Source: Candidatus Dormiibacterota bacterium (GTDB lineage: Bacteria > Chloroflexota > Dormibacteria > Aeolococcales > Aeolococcaceae). Taken from it: a stretch of DNA of 64,000 nucleotides. Below the pieces are notes generated by a model. It was not told the origin of the DNA. It made no database searches and saw nothing but the letters and a program-made list of their open reading frames with translations. The stretch is taken from positions 3,264,001 to 3,328,000 of the forward strand of contig OY970355.1 in NCBI GenBank assembly GCA_963718525.1, in the 5' to 3' direction. Positions 1 through 9,942 of the stretch are shown here, piece after piece. Position 1 is the stretch's first letter, and every line of letters begins with the position of its first letter. The translations under genes were made by a program, and so were the position numbers.

Positions 1-426
1 AAGCGGCCCGATTTGCTGCTGCTCGATGAGCCGTTGTCGAGTTTGGATCCGCTCGCACGGCGCGAGTTCCTGCAGGTGTTGATGGAGGCGGTCACGGAGG
101 AAGGAACCAGCGTCGTGCTCTCGTCGCACATCCTCGGCGAGCTCGAGCGTACCTGCGATTACCTCGTCATCCTCTGCCAGGGACGCGTGCAGGTTGCGGG
201 TGACATCGATTCACTGCTCGCCGGCCACCGCATTCTTGTGGGTCCGAGAGCCTCAGCCGACGACGTGGCGCGTGACCCCACGGTCGTACAGGCGAGCCAC
301 GCACCCCAACAAACCACGTTGCTGGTTCGCACCAACGGAAGTAGCCCAGATCCGCAATGGGAGCAACACGAGGTAAGCCTCGAGGAGCTTGCGCTCGCGT
401 ACCTGGGTCGCCCTCCGTCGGGATGA
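1..426 (+). CDS. ABC transporter ATP-binding protein, C-terminal part (5' truncated by window edge)
   Basis: Walker B/D-loop LLLLDEPLSSLDP and H-loop LSSHIL. Confidence 0.9.
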   Translation, partial: KRPDLLLLDEPLSSLDPLARREFLQVLMEAVTEEGTSVVLSSHILGELERTCDYLVILCQGRVQVAGDIDSLLAGHRILVGPRASADDVARDPTVVQASHAPQQTTLLVRTNGSSPDPQWEQHEVSLEELALAYLGRPPSG

Positions 427-460
427 TCGCCGATCCCCTCGGATCTGCGCGGACTCACCA

Positions 461-1328
461 TTGATCTGGGTTACCTGGGTACAGCATCGACGCGAGGCGT
501 TGGCCGTCGCCGTTGTTCTTACCGGGACGGCAGCCGCCATCCTCATCGATGCCCGCTGGATTGGAGTCCAGGATGCCCATCGTGAGATTGAGGCGATCTC
601 GGCACTTCTGACGGCGTTGCCAGCCTTGCTCGGCATGTTCATCGCGGCCCCGCTGATCAGTGGGGAATTCGAACGTGGCACCATCCTGCTGGCCTGGACT
701 CAAAGCGTTTCGAGACTGCGATGGGCGACCATGAAACTTGCCCTTTGCCTAGCGGCAGTTGTCGTTGCCAGCGCCGCGCTCTCTGCGTTGGTGGCATGGT
801 GGCGCGCGCCGATCGATCCTCTCTCCAGTGGGCTCTGGCCCGGATTCGACATCGAGGGCATCGTCCCCGTTGCATATACAGTCTTTGCTTTCGCGGTCGG
901 CATCGCTTCCGGCCTGGTACTGCGGCGTACCGTTCCGGCGATGGCGCTGACGCTCGCGATATTCACGGGGGCGCGGGTGATCGTCGAGTTCGAATCGAAC
1001 GCGCTTTCAGCGCTTGGTGATCGGATCACCGAGGGGGCTGCCGCGCGGATCGTGGGTTCCGGGTAGCACGTACTGGGCGGACGCCCACGGCCATGTCCTC
1101 AATCTGGCGCAGGTGAACGCGGTCATGAGTGGGTATCACGGGCCATCAAACGGTAGTGGGGCTGACGTCTTCACGTATATGCACCAGCACGGCGTGGACC
1201 TCCTCGTGCCGTACTTCCCCGCCGATTCCTTTTGGAGCTTTCAACTCATCGAGGCGGGGATTTTCCTTGCGGCGGCTCTGGCGTTGACGGGCGCCGCGCT
1301 CTGGTGGCTCAAACGCAGCGCAGTTTAG
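461..1328 (+). pseudogene. ABC-2 type permease split by a frameshift near 995-1014
   Basis: TTG start at 461 gives MIWVTWVQHR; motif GEFERGTILLAWTQSVSR; C-terminus (YFPADSFWSFQLIEAG) is in another frame (ORF 1014..1328). Confidence 0.75.
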
Positions 1329-1372
1329 TCATGGCATCTCCGGCAGGCGTACCGTGAGTGGCGGAGGCGACA

Positions 1373-1804
1373 ATGATTTGGCGAAGGAACGCAGTTGCGG
1401 CTCTCGTGGCATCGGTTGCCGCGGCCGCCACCGACGGCGTTTACCTCGCCGTGATCCGATCGCAGGATGCAACCCCCCCTCATCCCACGGTCGTGCCCTT
1501 CCTGATGGTGTATATCGCTGCGGTAGCCGTGGCCGGCGCAGCCAGTGTCGTGTTGATCCTGCAAGACCACCGGGGGACTGCGAAGACGCTTCTGGTGGCT
1601 GCGGCCGCGGGCAGTGCCGCCCTCGGGTTCCTCGCTATCTTCAGCATCGGTCTAGCCCTCGTGATCACAGCCGGCCTGTTTGGGATGGCCGCGTTCGGGG
1701 TCGCCCCGACGGCCCCTCGGCTGCCTCAGTTCGTGGCTGCGCTGGGTGCGATTGGCCTCCTGATCGCCGGATTAACGGTCACAGGCGTCTTCTGGGGCTC
1801 GTAA
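1373..1804 (+). CDS. Small multi-pass membrane protein of unknown function
   Basis: GGAGG RBS before ATG 1373; about five hydrophobic segments. Confidence 0.7.
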   Translation: MIWRRNAVAALVASVAAAATDGVYLAVIRSQDATPPHPTVVPFLMVYIAAVAVAGAASVVLILQDHRGTAKTLLVAAAAGSAALGFLAIFSIGLALVITAGLFGMAAFGVAPTAPRLPQFVAALGAIGLLIAGLTVTGVFWGS

Positions 1805-2036
1805 GACCGCTGCTTGACCAGGAGGGCGGAAAGCAACAACTGTGTCAAGTTCAGGACGCGGCGCGTCTCATCAGCATGCGAACTGCCTCAATAGCAGGCG
1901 TCATGCCTGACTATGGGTACCGCCCCGCCCAGCCAGACGTCGATCGCGAGGATCGGGGTCAGCGGTGCTGGCGCGAACCGCACGCGCAGTGAACAGGTTT
2001 CGAGCGCTGATGGCTCAATCGGAGGCCGCGGAGTAG

Positions 2037-3347
2037 GTGGAAGACGAAGAAATCCGGGGCCTGCTCCATGCGACCTACACGGCGGACCGCTTGGATCCGA
2101 CGCTGGTGCGCGGCGCACTCGAGCAGCACCCCCGGCGGCCGCGCCGGCGCCTGACCACCACTCTGATCGCCGCCGCGGCGGCGATCGTTGTCGCGGTTCC
2201 CATCAGCGCCGGCCTGCTGCTTCGCGCCGGCGTCATCGGCGGCTCTTCCGAACCGACGATGTCCGCCCTCGACCTGAAGATGTTCAGCGCGACCGACGGC
2301 TGGGCGTGGTCCGGCGGGAAGGACATCCTGCACACAGCCTCCGGTGTGGAGCACTGGACGGTCGTGCCGCCGCCGATCGGCCCCAAGGCCATCGTCGAAG
2401 TCGCATGGGTCAATGCCGAGTCCGCGCGGCTACTCGCGACATCGACCGGCGCGCTCAACTACGTCGAGCAGAACTCCTCGTTGACACCTTGGATGACCGA
2501 CGACGGCGGTGCGACGTGGACGTCGGGACAGCCCTTCACCGTGCTCCTCGAAACCGGCCAGGATCCGATGACGCAGTCGAATCTCGACTTCGTGGATCCG
2601 CTGCACGGATGGTTCTTCGATGCTCAGGATGGTGCTGTTGGCGCGCCAATGTGGATCTTCCGCACGGTCGACGGGGGGGTCCGGTGGTCGCAGGTGGAGA
2701 TGACATCCGCAACGGGAACTGCGCCTCGAGGTGCTCTCCGGGTTGGCTGCAGCGTCTATGGGAGTACGTTCCTGAACATCAGCACGGGATGGGTCGCAGG
2801 GCAGTGCAGCGGCCTGGCCACGCTGTTCGACGTCACGCACGATGGTGGTGTCACGTGGGCGCCGCAGGCGATCGACTGCATCCAATGCTTGTTCTACCGT
2901 CCGCAGTTCACCTCGTCGCGCGACGGTCAGATGTTCGGCGAGAACGGTGTCGGCATCCTCTTTGTCACCAGTGACGGTGGTCGGACCTGGACGCGTCGCA
3001 CTGAACCGACCGGCAACACACCCGATTTCGCCGACGCCAGTCACGGATTCACTCTGGGCCTCACGGGCAATGACAATCCGTCGACGGTTCTCTGGCTGAC
3101 GGCTGACGGCGGAGCCACATGGGGTCAAGCGACTAACGGCGCCATTCACGGTGCTGGACCCGCGGAGACCGCGCAGCTCGATTTCATCACTCCCCGGGTC
3201 GGCTGGGCGGTTTCCGTCTGGTTCGGGAACCAAGGGCTCCTGACAAACGGTCAGACGCCCTATCCGACGCCACCGCCGACGCTGTGGCAGACCACCGACG
3301 CAGGATCGACGTGGACTCTGGTGACGCCGACGTTCACGTCGCGGTGA
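2037..3347 (+). CDS. Membrane-anchored BNR/Asp-box repeat beta-propeller protein (YCF48/sialidase-like fold)
   Basis: N-terminal basic stretch plus TM helix; repeated T-x-D-G-G-x-T-W motifs (TDDGGATW, TVDGGVRW, THDGGVTW, TSDGGRTW, TADGGATW). Confidence 0.8.
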   Translation: MEDEEIRGLLHATYTADRLDPTLVRGALEQHPRRPRRRLTTTLIAAAAAIVVAVPISAGLLLRAGVIGGSSEPTMSALDLKMFSATDGWAWSGGKDILHTASGVEHWTVVPPPIGPKAIVEVAWVNAESARLLATSTGALNYVEQNSSLTPWMTDDGGATWTSGQPFTVLLETGQDPMTQSNLDFVDPLHGWFFDAQDGAVGAPMWIFRTVDGGVRWSQVEMTSATGTAPRGALRVGCSVYGSTFLNISTGWVAGQCSGLATLFDVTHDGGVTWAPQAIDCIQCLFYRPQFTSSRDGQMFGENGVGILFVTSDGGRTWTRRTEPTGNTPDFADASHGFTLGLTGNDNPSTVLWLTADGGATWGQATNGAIHGAGPAETAQLDFITPRVGWAVSVWFGNQGLLTNGQTPYPTPPPTLWQTTDAGSTWTLVTPTFTSR

Positions 3348-3540
3348 CGTAGGCGGAGCGCGCGGAATCGAGCTGGGGTCGGGAGCGACCTACATGGCGC
3401 GGGGTCTGGCGCCTGCGAGCAGGTCGCTGGTGCAGGGTCGCGACCCTATACTCCATGCCAGGTAAGGAGCGGAATGAAGGCGCGATCTCCGGGGAATGAC
3501 GCGACTTCCAGCGCTCGAGTTCCGCGATAGGGAGTGACAT

Positions 3541-4392
3541 ATGGATAGCGCAAATGACTCGGAGCGCCGCACCCTGGAAGAGTTGTGCGCGCGCCTGCTG
3601 CGCCACCCGCATCCGGATGGTCCGACCAGCGTTGAGCTATTCGTCCACCAACTTCCTGCATCGATTGCGGCTGACATTCCGATATCACCCGATTGGCGGG
3701 TCCTGGGGAGCGCGCTCTATTCGCGAAGTGGCCGACCAACTCTGATGGAGGCCGTCATCGACACACCGAGTTCGTTTGCCGAGTTGGTGGCGCCTTTCCA
3801 GAGTGCTCTGCGCGAAACCGGATGGACAATCGTCGAGCCCGCCTTTCCAATGCATGGAGGCTTCGTCTCCGCCGACATGGGAGAGGGCCGAGCATTTCGC
3901 CGAGAAGGGCACGGTCCCGTTCTATCGATCCACGGGGTCAGTCGCGAAGGCATGATGACCGATGTGCGAATGCGGTTGGATTGGGATGCCGCCGCGTATG
4001 TGTCGAGACCCCCGCATGTGCGCCCTGACGGAGCGGAGCGACTCCCGTCGCTGAGCGCACCGAACGGCGCTCGTCTGCGGAGGCAACACGGTGGAGGGGG
4101 AAGCGGGCACTGGACTTCCGAATCGACCATCGAGACCGATTGGTCGGTTGGCGCGACGGAGACTCACTTCGCCGAACAGCTTGCCCGGGCAGGTTGGATC
4201 CGAGTTGGCGGCAGCGTGGACGACACCGTCGGCTGGAGTTCCTGGCAGCTGCCGGGCGATGGACGTTGGCGCGGATTGCTCCTCGTACTCGCCGCGTTTG
4301 GCCCGGGCGAGCAATCGTTGACGCTGCGTGTGGAACAGAACGAACCCGCAGAGGAAGATTGGAGCTCTTACTCGGTCAGCCAATCCAATTAG
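3541..4392 (+). CDS. Hypothetical protein with an internal two-fold repeat
   Basis: AGGGAG RBS; 283 aa ORF with two similar segments ending FQSALRETGW and FAEQLARAGW. Confidence 0.7.
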   Translation: MDSANDSERRTLEELCARLLRHPHPDGPTSVELFVHQLPASIAADIPISPDWRVLGSALYSRSGRPTLMEAVIDTPSSFAELVAPFQSALRETGWTIVEPAFPMHGGFVSADMGEGRAFRREGHGPVLSIHGVSREGMMTDVRMRLDWDAAAYVSRPPHVRPDGAERLPSLSAPNGARLRRQHGGGGSGHWTSESTIETDWSVGATETHFAEQLARAGWIRVGGSVDDTVGWSSWQLPGDGRWRGLLLVLAAFGPGEQSLTLRVEQNEPAEEDWSSYSVSQSN

Positions 4393-4502
4393 GCACAGTG
4401 ACTTGTGGTGATGCTCCCACCGGTTAGCTATTGCGAAGAGCCGGCACGAAATCGTCGTTGACGCTGCCGAGGCTTGTCCGATCGTCGGCTACTGAGCGAC
4501 GC

Positions 4503-4574
4503 AGCCGATGGGGAGATTCGAACTCCCGACCAACCGCTTACAAGGCGGTTGCTCTACCCCTGAGCTACATCGGC
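4503..4574 (-). tRNA. tRNA-Thr(TGT)
   Basis: Reverse complement GCCGATGTAGCTCAGGGGTAGAGCA-ACCGC-CTTGTAA-GCGGT-TGGTCGGGAGTTCGAATCTCCCCATCGGCT folds as a cloverleaf; CCA not encoded. Confidence 0.97.
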
Positions 4575-4686
4575 TCGGCCACCCGATTCTCCCATGGCGC
4601 TCAGGAGCCAAGACCCCGCCCGTACGGCTTGCCCCGAATGGGGCACCTGCGGTAATCTCGGCAAGGGTCCAATGCCAAAGGGAACC

Positions 4687-5388
4687 ATGCTCGCACCGTC
4701 GGCAGGCAACCACCTGCTCGAAGCGTTGCCAGCCACCGAGCGGGAAGTGCTGATGACGCACCTTCGGCCTGCCCACCTGACGGTGAAGACCGTCCTGTTC
4801 GATCCGGGGCAACCCATCCCGTACGTCCACTTCCCCGTCGACGGCGTGATCTCGCTGGTCACGCCGCTCGCCGACGGCAACATCGTCGAAGTGGCCACCA
4901 TCGGGAACGAGGGCCTCGTCGGCGTGCCGCTCGTTCCCGGTGGTTCGCTCGCGGTTCGGGCGATCTCGCAAGTCGGCGGTCGAACCCTCCGGATGGAAGC
5001 GGGTGAGTTCATCAAGTCGCTCGATCAGCTGCCCGGTTTCCGCGCCCTGGTCCAGAAGTACGTTCAGGCACTCTTTGGACAGATCTCCCAGGCGGCCGCC
5101 TGCAACCGGCTGCACTCCAATGAAGAGCGTCTGAGTCGCTGGCTGCTGATGAGCCATGATCGCGTCGGCACGGACACGTTCCCGATCACCCACGAGTTTC
5201 TCGGTCAGATGCTGGGCTCGCGACGCGCGACCGTCACGCTGTCTGCCGGTTTGCTGCAGTCGGCCGGGTTGATCCGTTATCACCGGGGCCGGGTCACCAT
5301 CGTCGACCGGGAGGGCCTCGAGTCCGTGTCCTGCGAGTGCTACGGAATCATCAAGGCCGCGCTTGATCGGGTGGTGAGCCCAGACTGA
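4687..5388 (+). CDS. Crp/Fnr family transcriptional regulator
   Basis: cNMP-binding-like domain (EVATIGNEG) and HTH region ITHEFLGQMLGSRRATVT. Confidence 0.9.
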   Translation: MLAPSAGNHLLEALPATEREVLMTHLRPAHLTVKTVLFDPGQPIPYVHFPVDGVISLVTPLADGNIVEVATIGNEGLVGVPLVPGGSLAVRAISQVGGRTLRMEAGEFIKSLDQLPGFRALVQKYVQALFGQISQAAACNRLHSNEERLSRWLLMSHDRVGTDTFPITHEFLGQMLGSRRATVTLSAGLLQSAGLIRYHRGRVTIVDREGLESVSCECYGIIKAALDRVVSPD

Positions 5389-5410
5389 CGCCCGACGGCA
5401 TGCAGCGCCC

Positions 5411-6668
5411 TCACGCCGGCTCGGCTCCTCCCCTGAACACCAGGCATGCGTTGTGTCCGCCGAATCCAAACGAGGTGGTCATCACGAGCCGTGCATTCAC
5501 CGCGCGACCGACGTTGGGCACGTAGTCGAGGTCGCACTCCGGGTCCGGGTGCTCGAGGTTCACGGTGGGCGGCACAAACCCGTCGCGCATCGCGAGGATC
5601 GTCACCATCGCCTCGAAGGCGCCCGCGGCTCCGAGCATATGCCCCGTCATCGACTTCGTCGATGAGATGGCGACCTCGTATGCCGCGTCACCGAAGACTG
5701 CCTTGATCGCACGGGTCTCAGCGAGGTCGTTGAGCGGCGTCCCGGTGCCGTGCGCGTTGATGTAGTCGATGTCCTCGGGTCGCACCGCTGCGCGCTCAAG
5801 GGCACGGCGCACGCAGCGGATTGCGCCGTCGCCACTCGGCTCGGGCGCGGTGATGTGATACGCGTCCGCCGAGGCCGCATAGCCGATCAGCTCCGCGTGA
5901 ATGGTGGCGCCGCGCGCGAGCGCGTGCCCGCGCTCCTCGAGCACGAGCACGGCGGACCCCTCTGCAGCCACGAACCCATCGCGGTCCCGGTCGAATGGCC
6001 TCGACGCATGCTCGGCATCATCGTTTCGCGCGGACAGCGCGCGAGCGGCGGCGAACATCGCGATGCCCGTCGACGTGATGCCCGCCTCGGTGCCGCCTGC
6101 AAGGACCGCCACCGCATCTCCATTCCGCACCCAGTTCGCCGCCTGGCCGATCGCGTCGGCTCCCGAGGCGCACGCACTGACGACCGCCATGTTAGGCCCG
6201 CGGGCTCCGAGATCAATGGAAACCATCCCCGGTGCCATGTCGACGAGTGCCATCGCTGCCGCGAACGGCGACACCCGGCGGGCGCCCTCGTTGTCGAGGA
6301 TGCGGGTGGTCTTCTCGATCACCTCGAGGCCACCGATACCGGACGCGATCAGCACGCCGACGTCGGTTGACTCCGCCGCGATATCGAGGCCCGAGTTCAC
6401 GAGCGGCTTCGCGCGCTGCGGCCATCGCGAAATGCACGTGCGGGGTACCACGACGGGCCTCCTTGGTGCCGAAGATCGCTCCGGCGTCGAACCCCTTGAC
6501 CTCACCCGCGATCCGGACGGGAAGGGGGGATGCATCGAAGTGGGTGATGGGGGCGGTCCCACTCCGCCCGGCCTTGAGCGACTCCCAGCTCTCCGCCACA
6601 CTGTTGCCGACCGGCGAGACCGCCCCCATGCCGGTGACGACGACGCGCCGCTCTCCAGATTCAGCCAT
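5411..6668 (-). pseudogene. fabF: Beta-ketoacyl-ACP synthase II, +1 frameshift at ~6405 (possibly a sequencing error)
   Basis: N-terminus RRVVVTGMGAVSP in one frame; catalytic SACASG, NAHGTGT, GHMLGAAG and FGFGGHN in another. Confidence 0.88.
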
Positions 6669-6731
6669 GACGCCGATCAGGATCTCATCCTCGATGCCAT
6701 CATCGGCTGAAACACCGGTCCCGCCCGGCAC

Positions 6732-7265
6732 CTACCCGTCCTGACCGCGCCGGATGCGTTCGAGGCGGCGCCGCGTTTCCGCGTCGAGCCCGTCCTCGAG
6801 ACGGGTGCTGCGCCGGCTCTCGGCGCGCATACGTTTGGTCTCGACGTCCACCCCACCCGCGACCCTGGCGACCTCCGCCTCGAGGGCGCGAGCTCCCATG
6901 GTCGCGACCCCCATGCCTCCCACGACATCGCGCTCGAGGCGATCATCTGTGGCCACCACGACGTCCGCGCCGTCGCCTCGCTGCGATGCCCGGTATGCGG
7001 CCCGCTCGATCACGTGGTCTGCCGTCGCGCGCTTCGATCCGAAGAGCACGGTGACGCCGTCGAACTTCTCGTTCGACGGGATGGCCCCCGGCCGCGCATG
7101 TGCATCGAAGACCACGGTGACGGCAACCCCGGTCTGCGCCGCGTACTCCGCGAGCGCGCTCACCAACTGGCGCCGGGCGTCCTCGAGACCGCGCTCGCGA
7201 AGCGTCGCGTGGAGCGCGGGCCATGCATGGATGATGTTGTACCCGTCCACGATCAGCGCCTGCAT
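6732..7265 (-). CDS. NYN-domain RNase, YacP/Rae1-like
   Basis: LIVDGYNII, VVFD, TADHVIE and VVATDD motifs; position after rlmB. Confidence 0.85.
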   Translation of the reverse strand: MQALIVDGYNIIHAWPALHATLRERGLEDARRQLVSALAEYAAQTGVAVTVVFDAHARPGAIPSNEKFDGVTVLFGSKRATADHVIERAAYRASQRGDGADVVVATDDRLERDVVGGMGVATMGARALEAEVARVAGGVDVETKRMRAESRRSTRLEDGLDAETRRRLERIRRGQDG

Positions 7266-7284
7266 GCGTTTCGATCTCGGCGGG

Positions 7285-8019
7285 TCAGCGCGGCGCGAAT
7301 TCGCGCTGGCGCTGCACCTCGAAGAGCAGCACCGCCGCCGCCGCACCCGCATTGAGTGACGCGACGTGTCCCATCATCGGAATCGCGACGAGGACATCGC
7401 AATGCTCGCGTGTCAGCCGTCGCATCCCCGCGCCTTCGGCGCCCACGACGATCGCGGTCGGTCCCGCAAGATCGACGGAGTCGTACCGATCTCGCGCGTC
7501 TGCGTCGAGACCCACCCGCCAGATTCCCGCTGCGCCGATGACGTCCAGCGCCTGCGCGAGGTTGGGCACGGTCACCATCGGCAGATGCTCCGATGCGCCT
7601 GCAGAGGCCTTGACTGCCGCCGCGGTCAGCGGTGCCGCATGGTGACGCGGGATCACGATCGCGTCCGCACCACACGCCTCCGCGCTGCGTGCGATCGCGC
7701 CGACGTTCTGGGGATCCTGGATGCCGTCCAGCACCACCAGGAGTGCCGGAGGGCGCGCCTCGTCGAGCACCTCGTGCAGGCTCAGCGCCGCCCTCGCATG
7801 GAAGTAGCCGGCGACGCCCTGGTGATGCTCGGTATGGGCGATGTCATCGAGCCGCTGCCGCGACACCTCTTCGACGTGGATGTCCCGTTCCTCAGCGCGT
7901 TCGAGAATCTCCGTCAACCGCGCCTCGGGCCGCACCGCGGAGGCGACCACGATCTTGCGTGCCGTGCGACCCGCGCGAAGCGCCTCGAGCACGGGGTTGC
8001 GCCCGTAGAGGATGTCCAC
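7285..8019 (-). CDS. rlmB: 23S rRNA 2'-O-methyltransferase, TrmH/SpoU family
   Basis: YGRNPVLEAL, LDGIQDPQNVGAI, VGAEGAG and SLNA motifs. Confidence 0.92.
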   Translation of the reverse strand: MDILYGRNPVLEALRAGRTARKIVVASAVRPEARLTEILERAEERDIHVEEVSRQRLDDIAHTEHHQGVAGYFHARAALSLHEVLDEARPPALLVVLDGIQDPQNVGAIARSAEACGADAIVIPRHHAAPLTAAAVKASAGASEHLPMVTVPNLAQALDVIGAAGIWRVGLDADARDRYDSVDLAGPTAIVVGAEGAGMRRLTREHCDVLVAIPMMGHVASLNAGAAAAVLLFEVQRQREFAPR

Positions 8020-8023
8020 CGGG

Positions 8024-9466
8024 TCAGCCGCGGCGGGGCGACGTCCGCTTCCAGCGCTGGCCCTGGGGCGTGTCCTCCACCTCGATCCCGCGAGCTGCGA
8101 GCTGGCCGCGAAGATGGTCGGACTGGGCGTAGTCGCGCGCGGCCCGAGCGGCGGCGCGTTCGTCGAGCCATCGCTGTTCCTCGGCATCGGGCGCGGCCTG
8201 GCGATCGCGCGCGACGAGCGCCAGGACACCGAGGACGCTGTCGACGTCGCCGAGCAAATGCTCCAGGGTGCGCTTGGTCTCCGCGCTGACCGCTCCGGCG
8301 TCGAGCACGCGATTGACGTCGCGCAGCCCGGAGAAGACGATGCCCATGCCTTCAGGCAGATTGAGGTCGTCGTCCATGGCCTCGTCGAAACCGATGCGCA
8401 TCCCGCGCACCGAGGCCAGCACCGCCTCGTCGCGTGCGTTGCCGTCCTCCTCGACGGTTCGCAATCCCGCGACGCGGGTCTGGAAGTCGACAAGTCGCTG
8501 CACCGCCATGCTGCTGTCGGCGAGCAGCTCGTCCGAGTAGTCGAGCTGCTTGCGGTAGTGCGTGCGTGCCGCGAGCAGGTAGCGCAGTGCGGCGGGACTT
8601 GCACCTTCATCGAGCACCTCGCGCACCGTTGCGAAGTTGCCGAGGCGCTTTGCCATCTTCTGACCGCCGACGTTGAGGTGCTGGCTGTGGCACCAGATTC
8701 GCACGAAGCGTTTGCCCGTCGCGGCCTCCGACTGAGCGATCTCGTTCTCGTGGTGGGGAAAGATATTGTCGACGCCGCCACAGTGGATATCGAAGCTCTC
8801 CCCCAGCAGTGTCATGCTCATTGCCGAGCACTCGATGTGCCAGCCGGGGTGACCGCGTCCGATGCGTGTGTCCCAGCCGATCTCATCGGGACCGACCGCC
8901 TTCCAGAGCGCGAAGTCACGCACGTCGTCCTTGGTGTAATCGTCGGCGTCGATCCGACCGCTGGCGCCGGCGACAAGGCCTTCGGCGTTGAGGCCACTCA
9001 GCTTGCCGTAGGCGGGAAATGCGGCGATGCGGAAGTAGTAGCTGCCGTCAGCCCGATAGGCGGCTCCGGCGTTCTCGAGACGCTCGATCAGGTCGACCAT
9101 CTGGTCGATGTACTCGGTGGCGCGCGGATAGTGATGCGCCGGCCGGATGCCGAGCGTGTCGCGATCCTCCTCGAACGCCGTGATCCACGGTGCGGTCTCC
9201 TCCGCGAGTGCGTGGCCGTTCGCAACCGCGTTCTTGATGATCCGGTCGTCGACATCGGTGAGGTTCATGACGTGGGTGACCTTGTTCGCGAACCTCCGAT
9301 CAAGCCAGCGACGCAGGACGTCCTCGAAGATGAAGGTCCGGAAATTGCCGATGTGGACTCGGTTCCACACCGTGGGGCCGCAGGTGTACATGCGCACGCG
9401 ACCCGGCTCGATGGGCTCCACCGGGATGAGCTCACGACTCATCGTGTCGTGCAGCTGCAGCGTCAC
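8024..9466 (-). CDS. cysS: Cysteine--tRNA ligase
   Basis: [25 protein letters not shown]; KMSKS loop reads KMAKR. Confidence 0.96.
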   Translation of the reverse strand: MTLQLHDTMSRELIPVEPIEPGRVRMYTCGPTVWNRVHIGNFRTFIFEDVLRRWLDRRFANKVTHVMNLTDVDDRIIKNAVANGHALAEETAPWITAFEEDRDTLGIRPAHHYPRATEYIDQMVDLIERLENAGAAYRADGSYYFRIAAFPAYGKLSGLNAEGLVAGASGRIDADDYTKDDVRDFALWKAVGPDEIGWDTRIGRGHPGWHIECSAMSMTLLGESFDIHCGGVDNIFPHHENEIAQSEAATGKRFVRIWCHSQHLNVGGQKMAKRLGNFATVREVLDEGASPAALRYLLAARTHYRKQLDYSDELLADSSMAVQRLVDFQTRVAGLRTVEEDGNARDEAVLASVRGMRIGFDEAMDDDLNLPEGMGIVFSGLRDVNRVLDAGAVSAETKRTLEHLLGDVDSVLGVLALVARDRQAAPDAEEQRWLDERAAARAARDYAQSDHLRGQLAARGIEVEDTPQGQRWKRTSPRRG

Positions 9467-9942
9467 TGCCGTTCCAGCAGCACCGTCGCCGATGCGGCGA
9501 TCCCTTCGCTCCGGCCGGAGAAGCCCATGCCGTCGGTGGTCGTGGCGCCGACTGCGATCGTTCCCGGCTCGAGGCCGAGTGCCTTCGACATCGCGTCGGA
9601 CATCGGGCCGAGATGTGCCGCGAGCCGCGGCTCTTCGGCGATCGCGATCACGTGGGCGCTTGCGATCGACCACCCTGCCTCGCGCAGCTTGTCCGCGACG
9701 ATCTTCAGGAACTCGCACCCTGAGGTGTCCTTCCATCGCGGATCGCCCGAGGGGAAGTGCCGTCCCATGTCGCCGAGCCCGGACGCGCCGAGAATGGCAT
9801 CGACGAGCGCATGCACCACCGCGTCCCCATCCGAGTGGCCGAGCAGGCCGCGACTGTACGGCACGAGGACGCCGCCGAGCATCAGCGGCCGACCGGGGAT
9901 GAACCGGTGCGCGTCGATGCCATGACCGATTCGTGGAGTCAT
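9463..9942 (-). CDS. ispF: 2-C-methyl-D-erythritol 2,4-cyclodiphosphate synthase
   Basis: RIGHGIDAH, GHSDGD and GDMGRHFP motifs. Confidence 0.96.
   Translation of the reverse strand: MTPRIGHGIDAHRFIPGRPLMLGGVLVPYSRGLLGHSDGDAVVHALVDAILGASGLGDMGRHFPSGDPRWKDTSGCEFLKIVADKLREAGWSIASAHVIAIAEEPRLAAHLGPMSDAMSKALGLEPGTIAVGATTTDGMGFSGRSEGIAASATVLLERQ

Noticed and set aside
3361-3526. 6S RNA or known riboswitch assignment for the structured element
   Set aside because: The fold is multi-branched rather than a rod with a central bubble and I see no known riboswitch consensus; kept only as an unassigned candidate
7285-9736. Long N-terminal extensions of the rlmB and cysS ORFs
   Set aside because: They overlap the upstream genes in other frames; conserved N-termini begin at 8019 and 9466
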